A stretch of DNA of 61,860 bases, counting the filler, from Choristocarpus tenellus KU-1152 (lineage: Eukaryota > Protista > Phaeophyceae): the NCBI GenBank assembly GCA_964200185.2. It is 11 parts of 11 records of this genome, joined end to end, with 100 filler letters (N's around TTAATTAATTAA, not from the genome) between each part and the next. Parts side by side here need not be neighbours in the genome. Positions count along the whole stretch, not along the records: positions 33,171 to 43,407 come from CAXNAD020003054.1; positions 43,508 to 46,210 come from CAXNAD020025495.1; positions 46,311 to 53,547 come from CAXNAD020006488.1; 8 more parts are not named here. One strand, written 5' to 3'. Position 1 is the first letter of the stretch; each line of letters starts with the position of its first letter. Below, in pieces: positions 39,918 to 52,260 of this stretch. Below the pieces are notes generated by a model, which did not search any database, had not been told where the DNA came from, and worked only from the letters and a program-made list of their open reading frames with translations. The position numbers were made by a program, and so were the translations under genes.

Positions 39918-40390
39918 CGTGCAGGTGGCGCTGATGTTGGACGTTACGATATATGTCGTCCGTAGGTCTTCAGTAGTTTTCGGGCCTCTGGTCGGCTGTC
40001 TGTGAGGACAGAGGGGAATGTTCGGACAATTGTATCAGCAAAGATCAATGATGTCCAGGAAGGGGTGGATGCGACGGTTATCCGAGTGCATGAGGGGTAT
40101 ATTCATATGAACAGTGGTGGACCATGTGATTAACGATGACGCGGTTTCTGCACAGAGTGCGGTGTTCGTGTCCGTGTATGGGCTAAGCAAGGGAGATATG
40201 AAAAGAACGTAGCGATTGCGTGGAAATGGGGACGGCGTAACGCTTTTCCTACAAGGAACCTATTTACCAAGAAATATGAAACTGTTAACGCGGTCGCCCT
40301 GGGATGGATATGAATATCAATAAAACGTAACAATATCTGACGCAACCTGGTGTGAACCTACGCACAGATCAAGATCAGACATAGCAGGGG

Positions 40391-40930
40391 CAATCATGCA
40401 CAGGTTTGCGCTTGACACTAGGATGATAATAATGAATGAATTTCATGTGTTCTGACCAACAGCAAAGACGATGAAATAAAGGAGCGCGGCTATATGGTCG
40501 AGGGCATGTGTGTCGATTTGAACTTGTAACAACCCGAGCAGATAAACATAACGTCTAAACGAGAAAGTGATAGAAGAAGATGAAACGAATTTACGTGCTA
40601 CCCCGGATTGGATGTTGGGAGAGTAATCACGCGCAGGTTTGCGCGTGACACTAGGATGATAATAATGAAATAGTTTCCTGTGTTCTGACCAACGGCTAAG
40701 GCGATGAAATTAAGGAGCGTGGCTAGAAGGTCGAGGGTGTGTGTGTCGATTTGAACTTGTAATAACCTGAGCATATAAACATAACGTCTAACCGAGAAAG
40801 TGATAGAAGAAGATGAAACGAATTTACGTGCTGACCCAGATGGATGTTGGGAAAGGAATCACGCGCGGGTTTGCGATTGACACTAGGCTGATAATAATTA
40901 ATGAATTTCATGTATTCTGACGAACGGCAG
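40391..40930. repeat. Tandem repeat, ~234-bp unit x ~2.3
   Basis: 'GGTTTGCG..TGACACTAGG.TGATAATAAT' occurs at ~40403, ~40637 and ~40868. Confidence 0.92.
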
Positions 40931-41559
40931 AGGCCATCAAATTCCGTAGTACGTCCAAGACGGTTTGGGGGTGTGATGTATATTTCCGATTTGAACCTTA
41001 TCGGAAATGTTCCAAAAGTATCGGATCCCTTACATGCCAATATCGAAGGTGTTCCCACGTCATCCTGGACGGACGGATGTCGTGGCGCGCGAAATTGCAT
41101 CGTGGAATCTTCCTTCTATTTCGAACCAATTGTCTGATTACTCCCATCGAAAGTGACAGCAACACCTGTTCCAAATATCGAAAAAGGTTCGGTCAAATTC
41201 GCTGTAGTGACCCTTTCGTCTAGGAGCCTTTCGATTTATTCTATGACTACATTTTTGATCTGAGATGAAATCTGTAAATTGTGGATTTGGATAAGTGTTG
41301 AAAATGTGGTGGGTTATTTATTTCTCTCGGGGCTAGGGTTGGTATCATGGGTGCTGGTCGTAATATGCTAGTGGTAGGGTTGCGTTAATTTTGTGTGACC
41401 GAATTCGAATGTTGCTTTTTTGCTATCATCCTTATTGCCCTCTTAAATTTATGGATATGTGAATATAACCATATGACCAACACTCCTTTCCCAACATTGT
41501 ACATCTCTAAAAAAGGTTTCGAGCAAATGAATAAAGTCCTTCATAAACTCTGTGTCCAG

Positions 41560-43262
41560 TGGAGCCCCAAAAGGACAGACAGGGAAAACTGGTGCCCTGT
41601 AACATTGAGCATCGAATCTACAAATGCTGGAATCCCCACCGTGTAAGGGTCATATGTACACGCTTTGGAGCACAAATAAGTACAGGGCATGGAATATAAA
41701 ATGGTGATATCGCCACTGTGGAGAGGTGGTGTGTACATCATTGGGATCACACAAACAATTACCGTTCTTCTGATCTAAAAAGGGTGATATCACCACCGCG
41801 GAGAGGTGGCGTGCACACGGTTTGGAGCACAAATAATTACAGGGCATTGAATCCAAAGATGGTGATATCACCATCATCATGGACGGGTGGTGTATACCCG
41901 GATGATGTAACAACAAATAATTACAGGAGATCATCGAATCAAATAATGGTGGTATAACCACCATTATCGGGTGGTGTGAAGACGGTTGGGACCACAATAA
42001 CTTGAGCGAATCGAATGTAACAGTGGGGATATCACCCACTGTTACAGGTGGTGTGCACCCCTTCGAATAAACGCAAGTGACCACATGAATAACATCGATT
42101 TTTTTGTAATGGTGATATCATCGCCGTTAATTGTGGTGTGTACACAGTTGGGAGCGCTAATAACTACAGAGCATCGAATGAAAAAACCTTGGTATCACCC
42201 ACATGGACAAACGGTGTGCACCTCTTGGAATAAAGGCAAGTAGCCACATAACTACATCGAATTCAAAAAAGGTGGAATCACGACCGTGGGCGGGTGGAGT
42301 AAGCACAGATGGGACCACAAATAATTACAGGACATCGAATCCAAAAATGGTAATTTAACCACCATTTGCAGGTGGCATGTACACGCTTTGGAGCACAGAT
42401 AAGTTGAGGGAATCGAATACAAGATTGGGGATATCACCCCCACATGGACAGGTGGTGTGCACCCTTTTGAATAAACGCAAGCAACCACGTAACATCGAAT
42501 CCAAAAATGGTCGCATCACCACCGCGGAGAGGTGGCGTGAACACACGGTTTGGAGCACAAAGTAAGACAGGAAATGGTATCTAAAAATGCTGGAATATCC
42601 ACAATGGACAGGTGGTGTGTAAAGGGATGGGACCACCAATAATTACAGGGCATCGAATCCAAAAATGGTAATTTTTAACCGCCATTTGCAGGTGGTATGT
42701 ACACGATTGGGAGCACAGATAACTTGAGGGAATCGAATACAAGATTGGGGATATCACCCCCACATGGACAGGTGGTGTGCACCCTTTGGAATAAACGCAG
42801 GCAACTACGTAACATGGAATCCAAAAATGGTCACATCACCACCACGGAGAGGTGGCGTGCGCACACGGTTTGGGGTACAAAGTAAGACAGGAAATGGTAT
42901 CTAAAAATGCTGGAATATCCAAAATGAACAGGTGGTGTGTAAAAGGATGGGACCACCAATAATTACAGGGCATCGAATCCAAAAATGGTAATTTAACCAC
43001 CCTTTGCAGGTGGTGTGTACATGCTTTGGAGCACAGATAATTTGAGGGAATATCGACTATAAGTTTGGGGATATCACCCCCACATGGACAGGTCGCGTGC
43101 AGATGGTTTGGGGCACAATCAAATACAGGACATCGAATATATGAACGGTGATATCACCACCGTGGAGAGGTGGTGTGTACACGATTGGGCGCACAAAGCA
43201 ACACAGGAAATCGAAACTAGAAATGCTACAATCTCCGCCATACACAGGCAGTGGGTACAGTA
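41560..43262. repeat. Satellite with ~78-82-bp monomer (~21 units) and a 4-mer higher-order repeat of ~319 bp
   Basis: ATCGAAT anchor (or variant) at 42334, 42412, 42494, 42574, 42652, 42972. Blocks 42334-42651 and 42652-42971 are near identical while adjacent monomers differ. Confidence 0.92.
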
Positions 43263-43507
43263 TCATCTCAGAGCCAAAGTATCTTAGAGGGTAGAGTCGC
43301 GTCTATTTAGGGGACAAAATCCAATGTTGCAATTTTGATGTAATTTTGGCTATCCTGTTTGTTAGGAAGTTTCAATATCCTTGGTACGGACGCACCTTTT
43401 CATGACGNNNNNNNNNNNNNNNNNNNNNNNNNNNNNNNNNNNNNNNNNNNNTTAATTAATTAANNNNNNNNNNNNNNNNNNNNNNNNNNNNNNNNNNNNN
43501 NNNNNNN

Positions 43508-44095
43508 GTATTTTTTAAGATACCAATCACATACTTAATTGATATTGTACATTTCCAATGTTCCGAAACCAACTTTGTTTGAGCCTCGGGCGATCGGTGG
43601 GACCACCCTGAGATCCATGATCCTGAAAATCCGTGCGTTACACTTTTCGGAAGTTGTAAATCAGATTATATCCGTACTTACAATTTAAAAAAAAATCAAA
43701 GCACATACTTAATTGATATTGTACATTTCCAATGTTACGAAACCAACTTTGTTTGAGCTCTGGGCTATCCGTGGGATCACCCTGAGATCCATGATCCTGA
43801 AAATCCGTGTATTACATTTTTTTGAAATTGTAAATCCGATTATATCTGTACTTACAAGTTGTTTAAAATACAAAGCACATACTTCATTGATCTTGTACGT
43901 TTCCAACGTTCCGAAACCAACTTTGTTTGAGCTCTGGGCTATCCGTGGGATCACCCTGAGATCCATGATCCTGAAAATCCGTGTATTACGGTTTTATGAA
44001 TTTGTAAATCTGATTATATCCGTACTTACAAATTGTTTAAAATACCAAGCACATACTTCATTGATCTTGTATGTTTCCAATGTTCAGTAACCAAA
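43508..44095. repeat. Tandem repeat, 174-bp unit x ~3.3, with decayed relatives to ~44620
   Basis: CATACTT anchor at 43530, 43704, 43878, 44052. Confidence 0.93.
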
Positions 44096-44864
44096 ACGTC
44101 AAAAATCAACTTGCACCCTCTACATATTTGAAGTACAAAATCTTACCAAATTGGACGTATGGATTGTCATAAATTGTAGAGGCGACAGAAAGTGGTTCTT
44201 TGAGTAAAACTGATCCGACTGGTGAACACCCTAGACACGTGCATTAGGATTTTTAGAAATAGTACATCCAGTAATAACCGTTCTTACAGTTTTGAAAATA
44301 CCAAGAACGCACTTTATGGGTCTCACACGTTTCCAATTTTCAGAAACTAAAAGGACACTTCCAACTGGTACCCACAATTTATTTAAATACTAAAGACGCC
44401 AAGAAGCGGATTTAGTATTTAAATAAACACTAGAGACCACAAAAAAGCGGATCTATGGTATTCAAGATCCGTCCGGATCGCGTTTACCGTTGAACACCCA
44501 AAACACGTGCGTTAGGGTTGTTACAAAATTAGAATGATATTCTAATCTTTACACCAACAAATACAGATACAAACCACATCCTTCATTGATCCAATACGTT
44601 TGAAACGTACGAAACGAAATGGTCACAAAAATACAGCTACTCTCTGTCCTATTTCAATATGAAATCGTATGCTGTTTGATATTCGTGTTTTTTATAACAC
44701 AATTCTCATAAAAATGGCGAAATCTGAGTTTTGAGGACCGACAGACCAGATGAAATAAAACAGCACCTCCCATCCCTCAGTCCTTATTTCAATTAATTCC
44801 CTTCCGTAGATACCACGCAGACCTCTTACTTATCCATCCCCATCACACCCTCCCAATCTTCGCC

Positions 44865-45913
44865 ATGTGCAGCATTCCCTCAACAACAACCCACCCGCCC
44901 GCCGATGGCGCTGCCCACAGATCGAGAATATGGGACAGCAATATGAAGGGCATGTCCCAGCTGCTAGAACATCACTACCTTGGCACATACCGGATGAAAC
45001 TCACAAACATCACATGCACGGAGATGGTGCGTCCCTTAAGCGAGCGTGGCCTTGCGTGCGAGAGAAAGTCTATACAGGAGAAAGGCTGGCTGGAGTAGTT
45101 TGCTCCAAGTGTTGTCATCCAGCGAGACTGTTTAGGTAATGGGGACCAGCTCAATGCCGAAACTGCGCTTGCCATTCAAGGACGTACAATGGACGGAAAC
45201 CATAGAATAACGGTGCTGAAGAGAGAGTTTGATCCCGAACGCACTTTCACCATGCGGATCTACATGGAGTTCAATCAAGAAGAAGAGAGGCTAATTGCCA
45301 ACGGTGGGTAATGGAGCGTTTTCGTTGTTCCATGATCGCCTGACCATTCTGATCAACTAAGCAACAAAGTAAGTTGAGTGTTCTCGTTGATCCATGTTCG
45401 CCTAATAACTATTACAATCAAGTAAGCAACAAAGTAAGTTGATAATCATCACGTTGTTCCATGATCGCCTAATGACTATTACCATTAAGTAAGCAACAAA
45501 GTAAGTTGAGTGTTCTCGTTGATCCATGATCACCTGACCATTCTGATCAACTAAGCACCGAAGTAAGTTGAGTGTTTTCGTTGTTCCATGATCGCCTGAT
45601 GACTATTCTGATATACGAAGTTGTTGCCGAGTTTCCTTTGCTTGGTTCATCGTCAGTCAGCCCATTGTGGATCTTTTCGTTGCTCATCTTTTTTATCCCT
45701 CGTGGTATTGCTGTCCACAGCAACATGTTGTTCAGTGCCGCAGACCGCGTGTGTCCCGTGACCGCTCCCCACCTAACCCTTGTCCCGTTCGCCCACTACA
45801 CCGCCATGCTTATAGCATTCAACGATGCGACCGAGAGTGTGGTTGAGCGCATGTTATACGATGAGATATATTTTCAGCACGAGCTCCAAGAAGCTATCAA
45901 ACGACAGACATAG
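44865..45913 (+). pseudogene. Spliced ParB/sulfiredoxin-like domain gene with a premature stop; exons 44865-45303 and 45816-45913+
   Basis: Reading through TAG 45096-45098 gives 'MKLTNITCTEMVRPLSERGLACERKSIQEKGWLE*FAPSVVI...TMDGNHRITVLKREF...MRIYMEFNQEEERLIAN|AFNDATESVVERMLYDEIYF'. The intron is phase-1 GT-AG. Confidence 0.75.
45318..45610. repeat. Intronic minisatellite, ~62-67-bp unit x ~4.5
   Basis: Recurring 'CGTTG(T/A)TCCATGATCGCCT...TAAGCAACAAAGTAAGTTGA'. Confidence 0.88.
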
Positions 45914-48900
45914 AAAAAAAAGTGTTGCTAGTAGAGATCCACAGAATGCACCAAAAGGTGAGAGAGTTGTCGACATTGGTGGGATGGTCGCGCTCTACTC
46001 CTCCCCTAGTTGGGTTACAGCTGTTTCGAGATCTCTCTGTGTCCTGCTATTGAACGTAAGTTGAGATAGTTATCCCGCGTTTAGATACCCTGTCAACCAA
46101 CTTATTGATTTTCGGGTGACCATGTAGTATGTATATGTGGTTAACCACGTATGTGCAATATAAAGCGTCCTTGATTGTTTTATCGACGGTGTTGCCTGAA
46201 ACCCCCCCCCNNNNNNNNNNNNNNNNNNNNNNNNNNNNNNNNNNNNNNNNNNNNTTAATTAATTAANNNNNNNNNNNNNNNNNNNNNNNNNNNNNNNNNN
46301 NNNNNNNNNNCCCCCTCCCCCAGATACTTTGGGTCTGTAACACTCGAAAATCAATTAGACTAAAGAACTACTTGGACTTCAGATCTCTTCAGATAGAGAT
46401 TCCCCTAAACAGAAGAGTAAAGCTGATATGGGTTGAACAGGCAAAATGTATTCAATGAATATCGTTAAAAGTCAATGCAATATGAGGACACTCATTGTTG
46501 GGGCTTACTTGTCTCTTGTCCTTCGTCTATCCTACACTACAATGAGAAACGGCAGATTTCGGTGGTTCTATCACTGACATGAGGGATGGAGAAATGATTT
46601 GGCTCTGATATCCAATTGATGCATGACCTACCATCTCTACTGGCTTGGAACGTCCTGCCAGAAAAGCTTGTAGATTCCAAGTAGATCAGTATTGACCTGA
46701 GGTGTACCTTTTGTTTGGAAAAGAGACCTGAGTATTTCGTACTACAAAGTACAGAGCACTCAACATTAGCACACCGCCACATTTGCTTTACAACAACCTC
46801 GCCCCCAGAAGGAATCCCATTGTGCCTGCTCCCAAGGGAACCAACCTAGAGTAATATTGGTGAAGGAGCTGTCCTGAGAGGGCTCCAAGATAGGAAGGGG
46901 GTTGTCCGCGGAAATAAATGACCACTGTTTCGGAACCCCACCCACACTATGGAAACCGTAACTGACTTGACTTCGAAACTCCACCACAATCCTAAATTTG
47001 ACCGTTTTGGTCAATGTAAGGTCGGGGGCTTCTTCACAAGTTTGACCACATTTGCTGGATACAGACATTTCCTGCCCCCCTTCGATCGGCAATGATTACA
47101 TGTTATATATGCTTCAAAGTACATATTTGTAGGGCTAATCATAATACACAAACAGTGATCCTCAAGTCTGTAAGTAATACCAATTTTGATTTCTCCTCTT
47201 ACACGCCATTTTCCCATGGACCATATATAACACATACTGATACCTCATGAGTATATTTTGGTGAGGGAGAGTACCTCAGTTCCACAGTGTATCATAATGT
47301 ATGAAAAAGAGCAACAGTGTTGTCTTTCAATCCCCTCGAGTTGGATGCAAACAAAAAACGTAGAATGTGTGTGTTTGGTTGGGAATTGAAAGAGCTGAAC
47401 CTTCTATATTGCACCTATTATACGTTTCATACCCCAAATCTTGAAATTTCTGTATTGGACTTGTGCTTGAGACGATTCCCAGAGATAAGATGGTGTGGAA
47501 AGCTTATACATCACACCCGGGAGGAGGTGATGTTATTTTTTGAGTGGAGTGTGAAATATACAATACTGAGCAAATGGCCATGGGTTGTTGTCTTGGATAA
47601 CATATTTCGACAACCACATTAGAGAGCAAATGGTAATGGCTCTTGCCCTGACTACAGACAATAGGTTTGAGTTCAATTCGTGCTGGTCCATGGACACGCC
47701 GCAGAGAAAATGGACCCAGACCATCATATTATGAGGGGCGGGACCTTTATAGAGCAACTGGTCTTACAACGTTGTCGTAGATGATGCCCAGTATGGGCAG
47801 TTCATGCAACTATGAAAACATAAAATATGAAATACTCTCACTATTTGTCTATCAGATTTTGTCTATTACTATTGTAATACACAAGCTGAGAACTTGGAAT
47901 GGGGCTCTACATCGTAAATTGAAAAAGGATTCGGTACCAATGTTCAGCAGCCCTCGAAATGATCGTTGCCTAAGCCACGACACACCCATATACCCTCACT
48001 CCTCTCCCTGTGGACCCAATGCAACGTACGGGCGGATGGCTGGGGGCAATACAAGCCGTCTAGAGCTGCAAGAAAAGAAGAGCAAGCATCTCTTCAGCAG
48101 TGATGCGGTCTTCTGGACTGGCCACAAGTGTCTGCAAAACATTGTATCAGCAAGGTCTAGAAGGGTTAAAAAGAGAGGAGAATTCATCATTGCTGGTGGA
48201 TGTGAACAAAAAGGACAGATTCTATTGCGGAAATCATTGACAAAAATTGTACGTTGTATAGGGGAAGTAATGAGAATCTTTTGGGAAGCAGGTAGCCCAT
48301 AGGGAGACATAACCCATCGATATGGGGTTTTTTTTTAAACACAGTATCTGAGGAAGAGGTATTTCACTGTACCATGTGCATTCAGTGGTTTAATCTCTGA
48401 TTGCACACACACAAACATACACAAACACACACACACACAACAGAAGGAATTATTGGCTCCCGCCCTCAGCATCTAGAAGACATGGAACCCAAGCAAAATT
48501 CTCTCAAAGAAACCCCTATCCCTTCACCGATTCATATGCACGGTTTGATGTGTCAATTGCATAGAGCTCTAGACATTCATACTGCCAACATCATCAAATT
48601 GTGGATCAACATAGCCAGTTCATATGACATGCTGTCCAGCAGGATGTAGAGCCCTGCCTGAACGAGGAAGAGGGGCAGTAGCTCCCTCTGCATAACGATG
48701 GAGAAGTGAGTGGGTCAGCAAGTCTTAATCACCATCATGGTTTATGGTCTACAGTATCGTCGCACAAGAGCCAGTACATATGGACAAGGTGGTGGATTTT
48801 GGGCTGAACGTTCACAGGGACATAATTGTTGGTCGTCTGGGGGTATCCACACCTCGCTTGGTGTAGTGGTATTTAGGTGGCTCACCATGATTTGACAAGA

Positions 48901-49384
48901 TTCAGAGAAATCTTCGAGCAAGCTGACACTACCCTTGTGGGTATGTGACAGGAACTCCACCATATGGCAGCGCCAATCGTGACACAAATCACATCCTATG
49001 TAGATGAGAATGGCCCTATTGCATGCAATCCTGTGCTATGATGTGTAGAGGAATTATATTGACATAGTATTCGCACAGTATACAGCCACCTTCATAAAAC
49101 CCCAATGATGTCCTACACACTACATAATATAGGGCAGGGTGCTGGGCAAACTTGAATGCAGTGATGCAAATGGCGATGAGAAATAGCAATGGCACTAGTA
49201 TACCATCCTAATGATCTCGAAACCCTGCTAGAGCACCTTGCCATACACAACTGACAGAGTGGACGACAAAAACAAAAAATGACAATCAAAGTTGAAATTT
49301 GGGGACAGATAAGTCAACCATATGGTTACAGCACTAGATCGCCCAATCTCTCTGGACTTTGATTGCAATGCAATCAGGTAGGCA

Positions 49385-52260
49385 GGCATTTGCCACGAGT
49401 GGCCAAAGGTACACACATCAGTAGGGCGGTGTGTGGTACCTGTGCCCAGCGCTTCTGAATGCCCCTGCTTGCCACTGGTTGAATGTGCTAAATATCCTAC
49501 AATACATCTAGAGTTGAGAAGAAGTTCAAATTGTTCAAATAATCGCTACACCAGAGCTGAAGGGGTAAGAGAATGCACTTCAGAGATAGTTAACTGATGA
49601 CTCAAGTTTGGGAGTTGTTGAGTGGCTGATGGGTTGGCAAATAGCTCAAAGTATCTGGAGGAGATGGCGGCTATCCATTTAGGGCCAATAATTTTATGTC
49701 GTGATTTTTGGGTGATTTGGTTGCATACATCAGGTGGATATATGTAAGTGCACGTTTCCTGGTTATGACCCAAATGGACACCCTGGTGCAGACCCCCTCC
49801 CCCTCCCCACCCAAGATACTTTGAGTCAAGTATGAACAAATATATTCTTCTTCCTCGCTATAATCTGCCCAACTTTGGAGTACTGCAGTTCGTTATGCGA
49901 GTACAAGAGTGAAAGGATGGGTAGAGCTGACACAAGTTTCACACAAGAGTAGTGATTTGCACTAGTGGTATTGTCCATAAGACTCTGTTTGAAGTTTCAC
50001 CTTAGGGGTGTTTGTTGTGTGAGACCCTTTACACCCGAAGACATGCCATGTTTTCATAAGCAGCATGGTGATGACCTCATTAGTGACAGAAAGGAAAATA
50101 CATTCATAACGACACCTCAAGACAACCCTCACCTCAGCAAACTCCCGTGCACCCTCCCCGCTGGAAGTAGAAGGCACTTCTCGTGTTCCACATGGCTCAT
50201 TTGACAGCTTCCTGCAGTCAGAAGACAAGGCCAGACTCTCCCCTGCTTCCCAGGTTGCTGGTGTAGCATCTCGTCTATACACCCACTGAGGGAAGGAACT
50301 GCCACACCTGCGTTATCAGGCTGCCTACCGTATTCCGTGAATATAGGCAAGGATTGTCTACCTGCCGGTGTGGCCAGTGTGCTCAGGGTAACTCCCAGAG
50401 CCCAGATATCAACAAGTGTGCCGCATGCAATCTCGGCTCTTAAGCCAAGCACACATGATACCTGCATTATTTTTGTGTTGTCGAATATATCAGACAGGGA
50501 TGGGACACCTTCTCATAAAGGATTCATCATGTTGCTTCGCTAATACTTCCTAGTTTCATTTCCAGTTCATTTTAGGTTTACACCCCTTCCCGTATGTAGC
50601 TCATGATGAAGTACATGATTGGAAGTCGTAGTCACTTGCAACACAACGCAACCCAGGCAACGGAAGTTGCAGCACTACTCCATACCCTCCAGCACACGTG
50701 AATCGTTAAATCCACATATAATGGACTTTGTTCTTCTTGTTGTCAAGAATATAAGCAGTGTGTAAGTAAGGTGGTATGGTTTTGTCAGTGGTGAAGGTAG
50801 AGATGAATACGGACCAATTCCCAATGTCAATGCAATGTTGTGACTGACTGACGGAAACGTGGTGCCTCTTCACCACCGCCCCATGTGCTGCACTCCTGCA
50901 TGTTAAGTACTAACTCTAAGACCTATTGTGGCGGGTAGTGGTGATGAATTTCATAGTGAACTTCCTGTGGGGCATTCTTTGGTGCAAAAATACTGTTCTT
51001 GCATTTTTGCGCAGGCAAGGAGTTTGATTGTGGTTCTTCCAAATATGCTCTTGCGAGGACGGAGGGGTATCCAACAACTTACATGTTGCATAGTGATCTG
51101 GAGAAGAAGATCAGGCCGTGCTCCATGAGAGATAGGAGAACATGAGATGCAGGGTGAGGTTAACCATGATCCCCTTACCATTTTCCTTCCAAAAAAAAAA
51201 ATACTTTGATCTCGGACGAATAGCAGACAAATGCCTTACCACATTTAATTGCTTGGGACTAGCATGGTTGCTTGGCTGCCTAGGGATGGCACCATGATTT
51301 GTAGAAGGTAGAAAGAAGGTCACAACTCTGTGTGGGGTTTTCAATCACCACAGAGATACACATACATACACTGTGCCATGTTATGGCTATTAAAATCAAA
51401 ATCACAAAGTATGCGAAGGATCCTCTGTCGAATCTCACCATGTTGTGTATGAGTTCGGGTGCGCGTTGCTCCTCGGTTCCATGGTCTGGCTCCCTGAAGT
51501 CAAACTTTGGGTCTATGACCATGGCCTGTCCAACGTCAATGAGCTTTGCGGGCTAACACAACCATAGGGAGCGAAAGAGGAAAAATTTGAAATAGAGCTG
51601 GTACTTCATGAAGGTTTGTTGTGGAGACTATTCTGGTAAGAAAGACTGTGCCTCTCCACAGTACCATGACACGAGGAATCTTTACTGATCTCTAGTCATG
51701 CTTGATTTTGGAAATTCGAATCGTGGAGTACCACATTCTCCATACCCCCTTTGAACTATTGAGGATGTTGATTCCCTTCACATCAGCATGGACAACATTC
51801 CGCCCATGCAGGTAGGCCAGAGAACTGAGAGCATCATTGTCAGCAATTTCAGAGGATGTAGATTGTGACTGTGATTAATGATTTATTCAAAGTATGACAA
51901 TAGCAAGCGCCCTTCAAGGAGTGAGGTGGTGGATGGAGCTTGTCAGCCCAAGATGTAGAGCAAGCACTTGAAAGAGAAAAAGGAATCATTATTCAGTAGT
52001 AAGTAGCCTGCTTTGCTGTTTCTAGGTTGTATGCTTGAATATTTTCAAGCACCATCAGTGTTTTGGGGATATGTCTTTTGTCATATGCAGTTGTACCCCT
52101 ACGTGGCAGTCCCGCAAGCTGCACCCCATCCCAAGATTCTCTCAACATCAAAGTGAAGTGTTGTGTAGTAGTGCAATGAACATACCTGGTGATCCCCCTG
52201 GCAATTTTTGCAACAGCACCTTCCACCACATGGCCTCCATTACTGATGAGGTGAGGATCA
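49385..52260 (-). pseudogene. Ser/Thr protein kinase pseudogene
   Basis: Exons in the expected order: 'LMVLENIQAYNL' (V); 'LAYLHGRNVVHAD-KGINIL' (VIb, frameshifted, ~51750-51830); 'AKLIDVGQA...HGTEEQRAPE' (VII-VIII, 51552-51439); 'VDIWALGVTL' (IX, ~50400); 'HRPTDVCTFGHSW' (XI, ~49400). Confidence 0.8.
49643..49827. mobile_element. MITE family A, complete copy. Others: 56881-57223 (TSD AAT) and contig-end fragments 6265-6316, 12182-12244, 14637-14682, 28792-28880, 32898-33070, 46311-46335
   Basis: TIR G(G/A)CTCAAAGTATCT followed by a G-run, with internal GGCGGCTGTCCATTTGGGG. Confidence 0.85.

Noticed and set aside
41560-43262. CRISPR-like array
   Set aside because: Whole monomers are homologous, with no unique spacers and no cas genes.
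45096-45098. TAG/TAA reassignment to Gln
   Set aside because: The ~664-codon epimerase has no in-frame TAR and TTI2 ends in TAA. Such stops occur only in decayed sequence.
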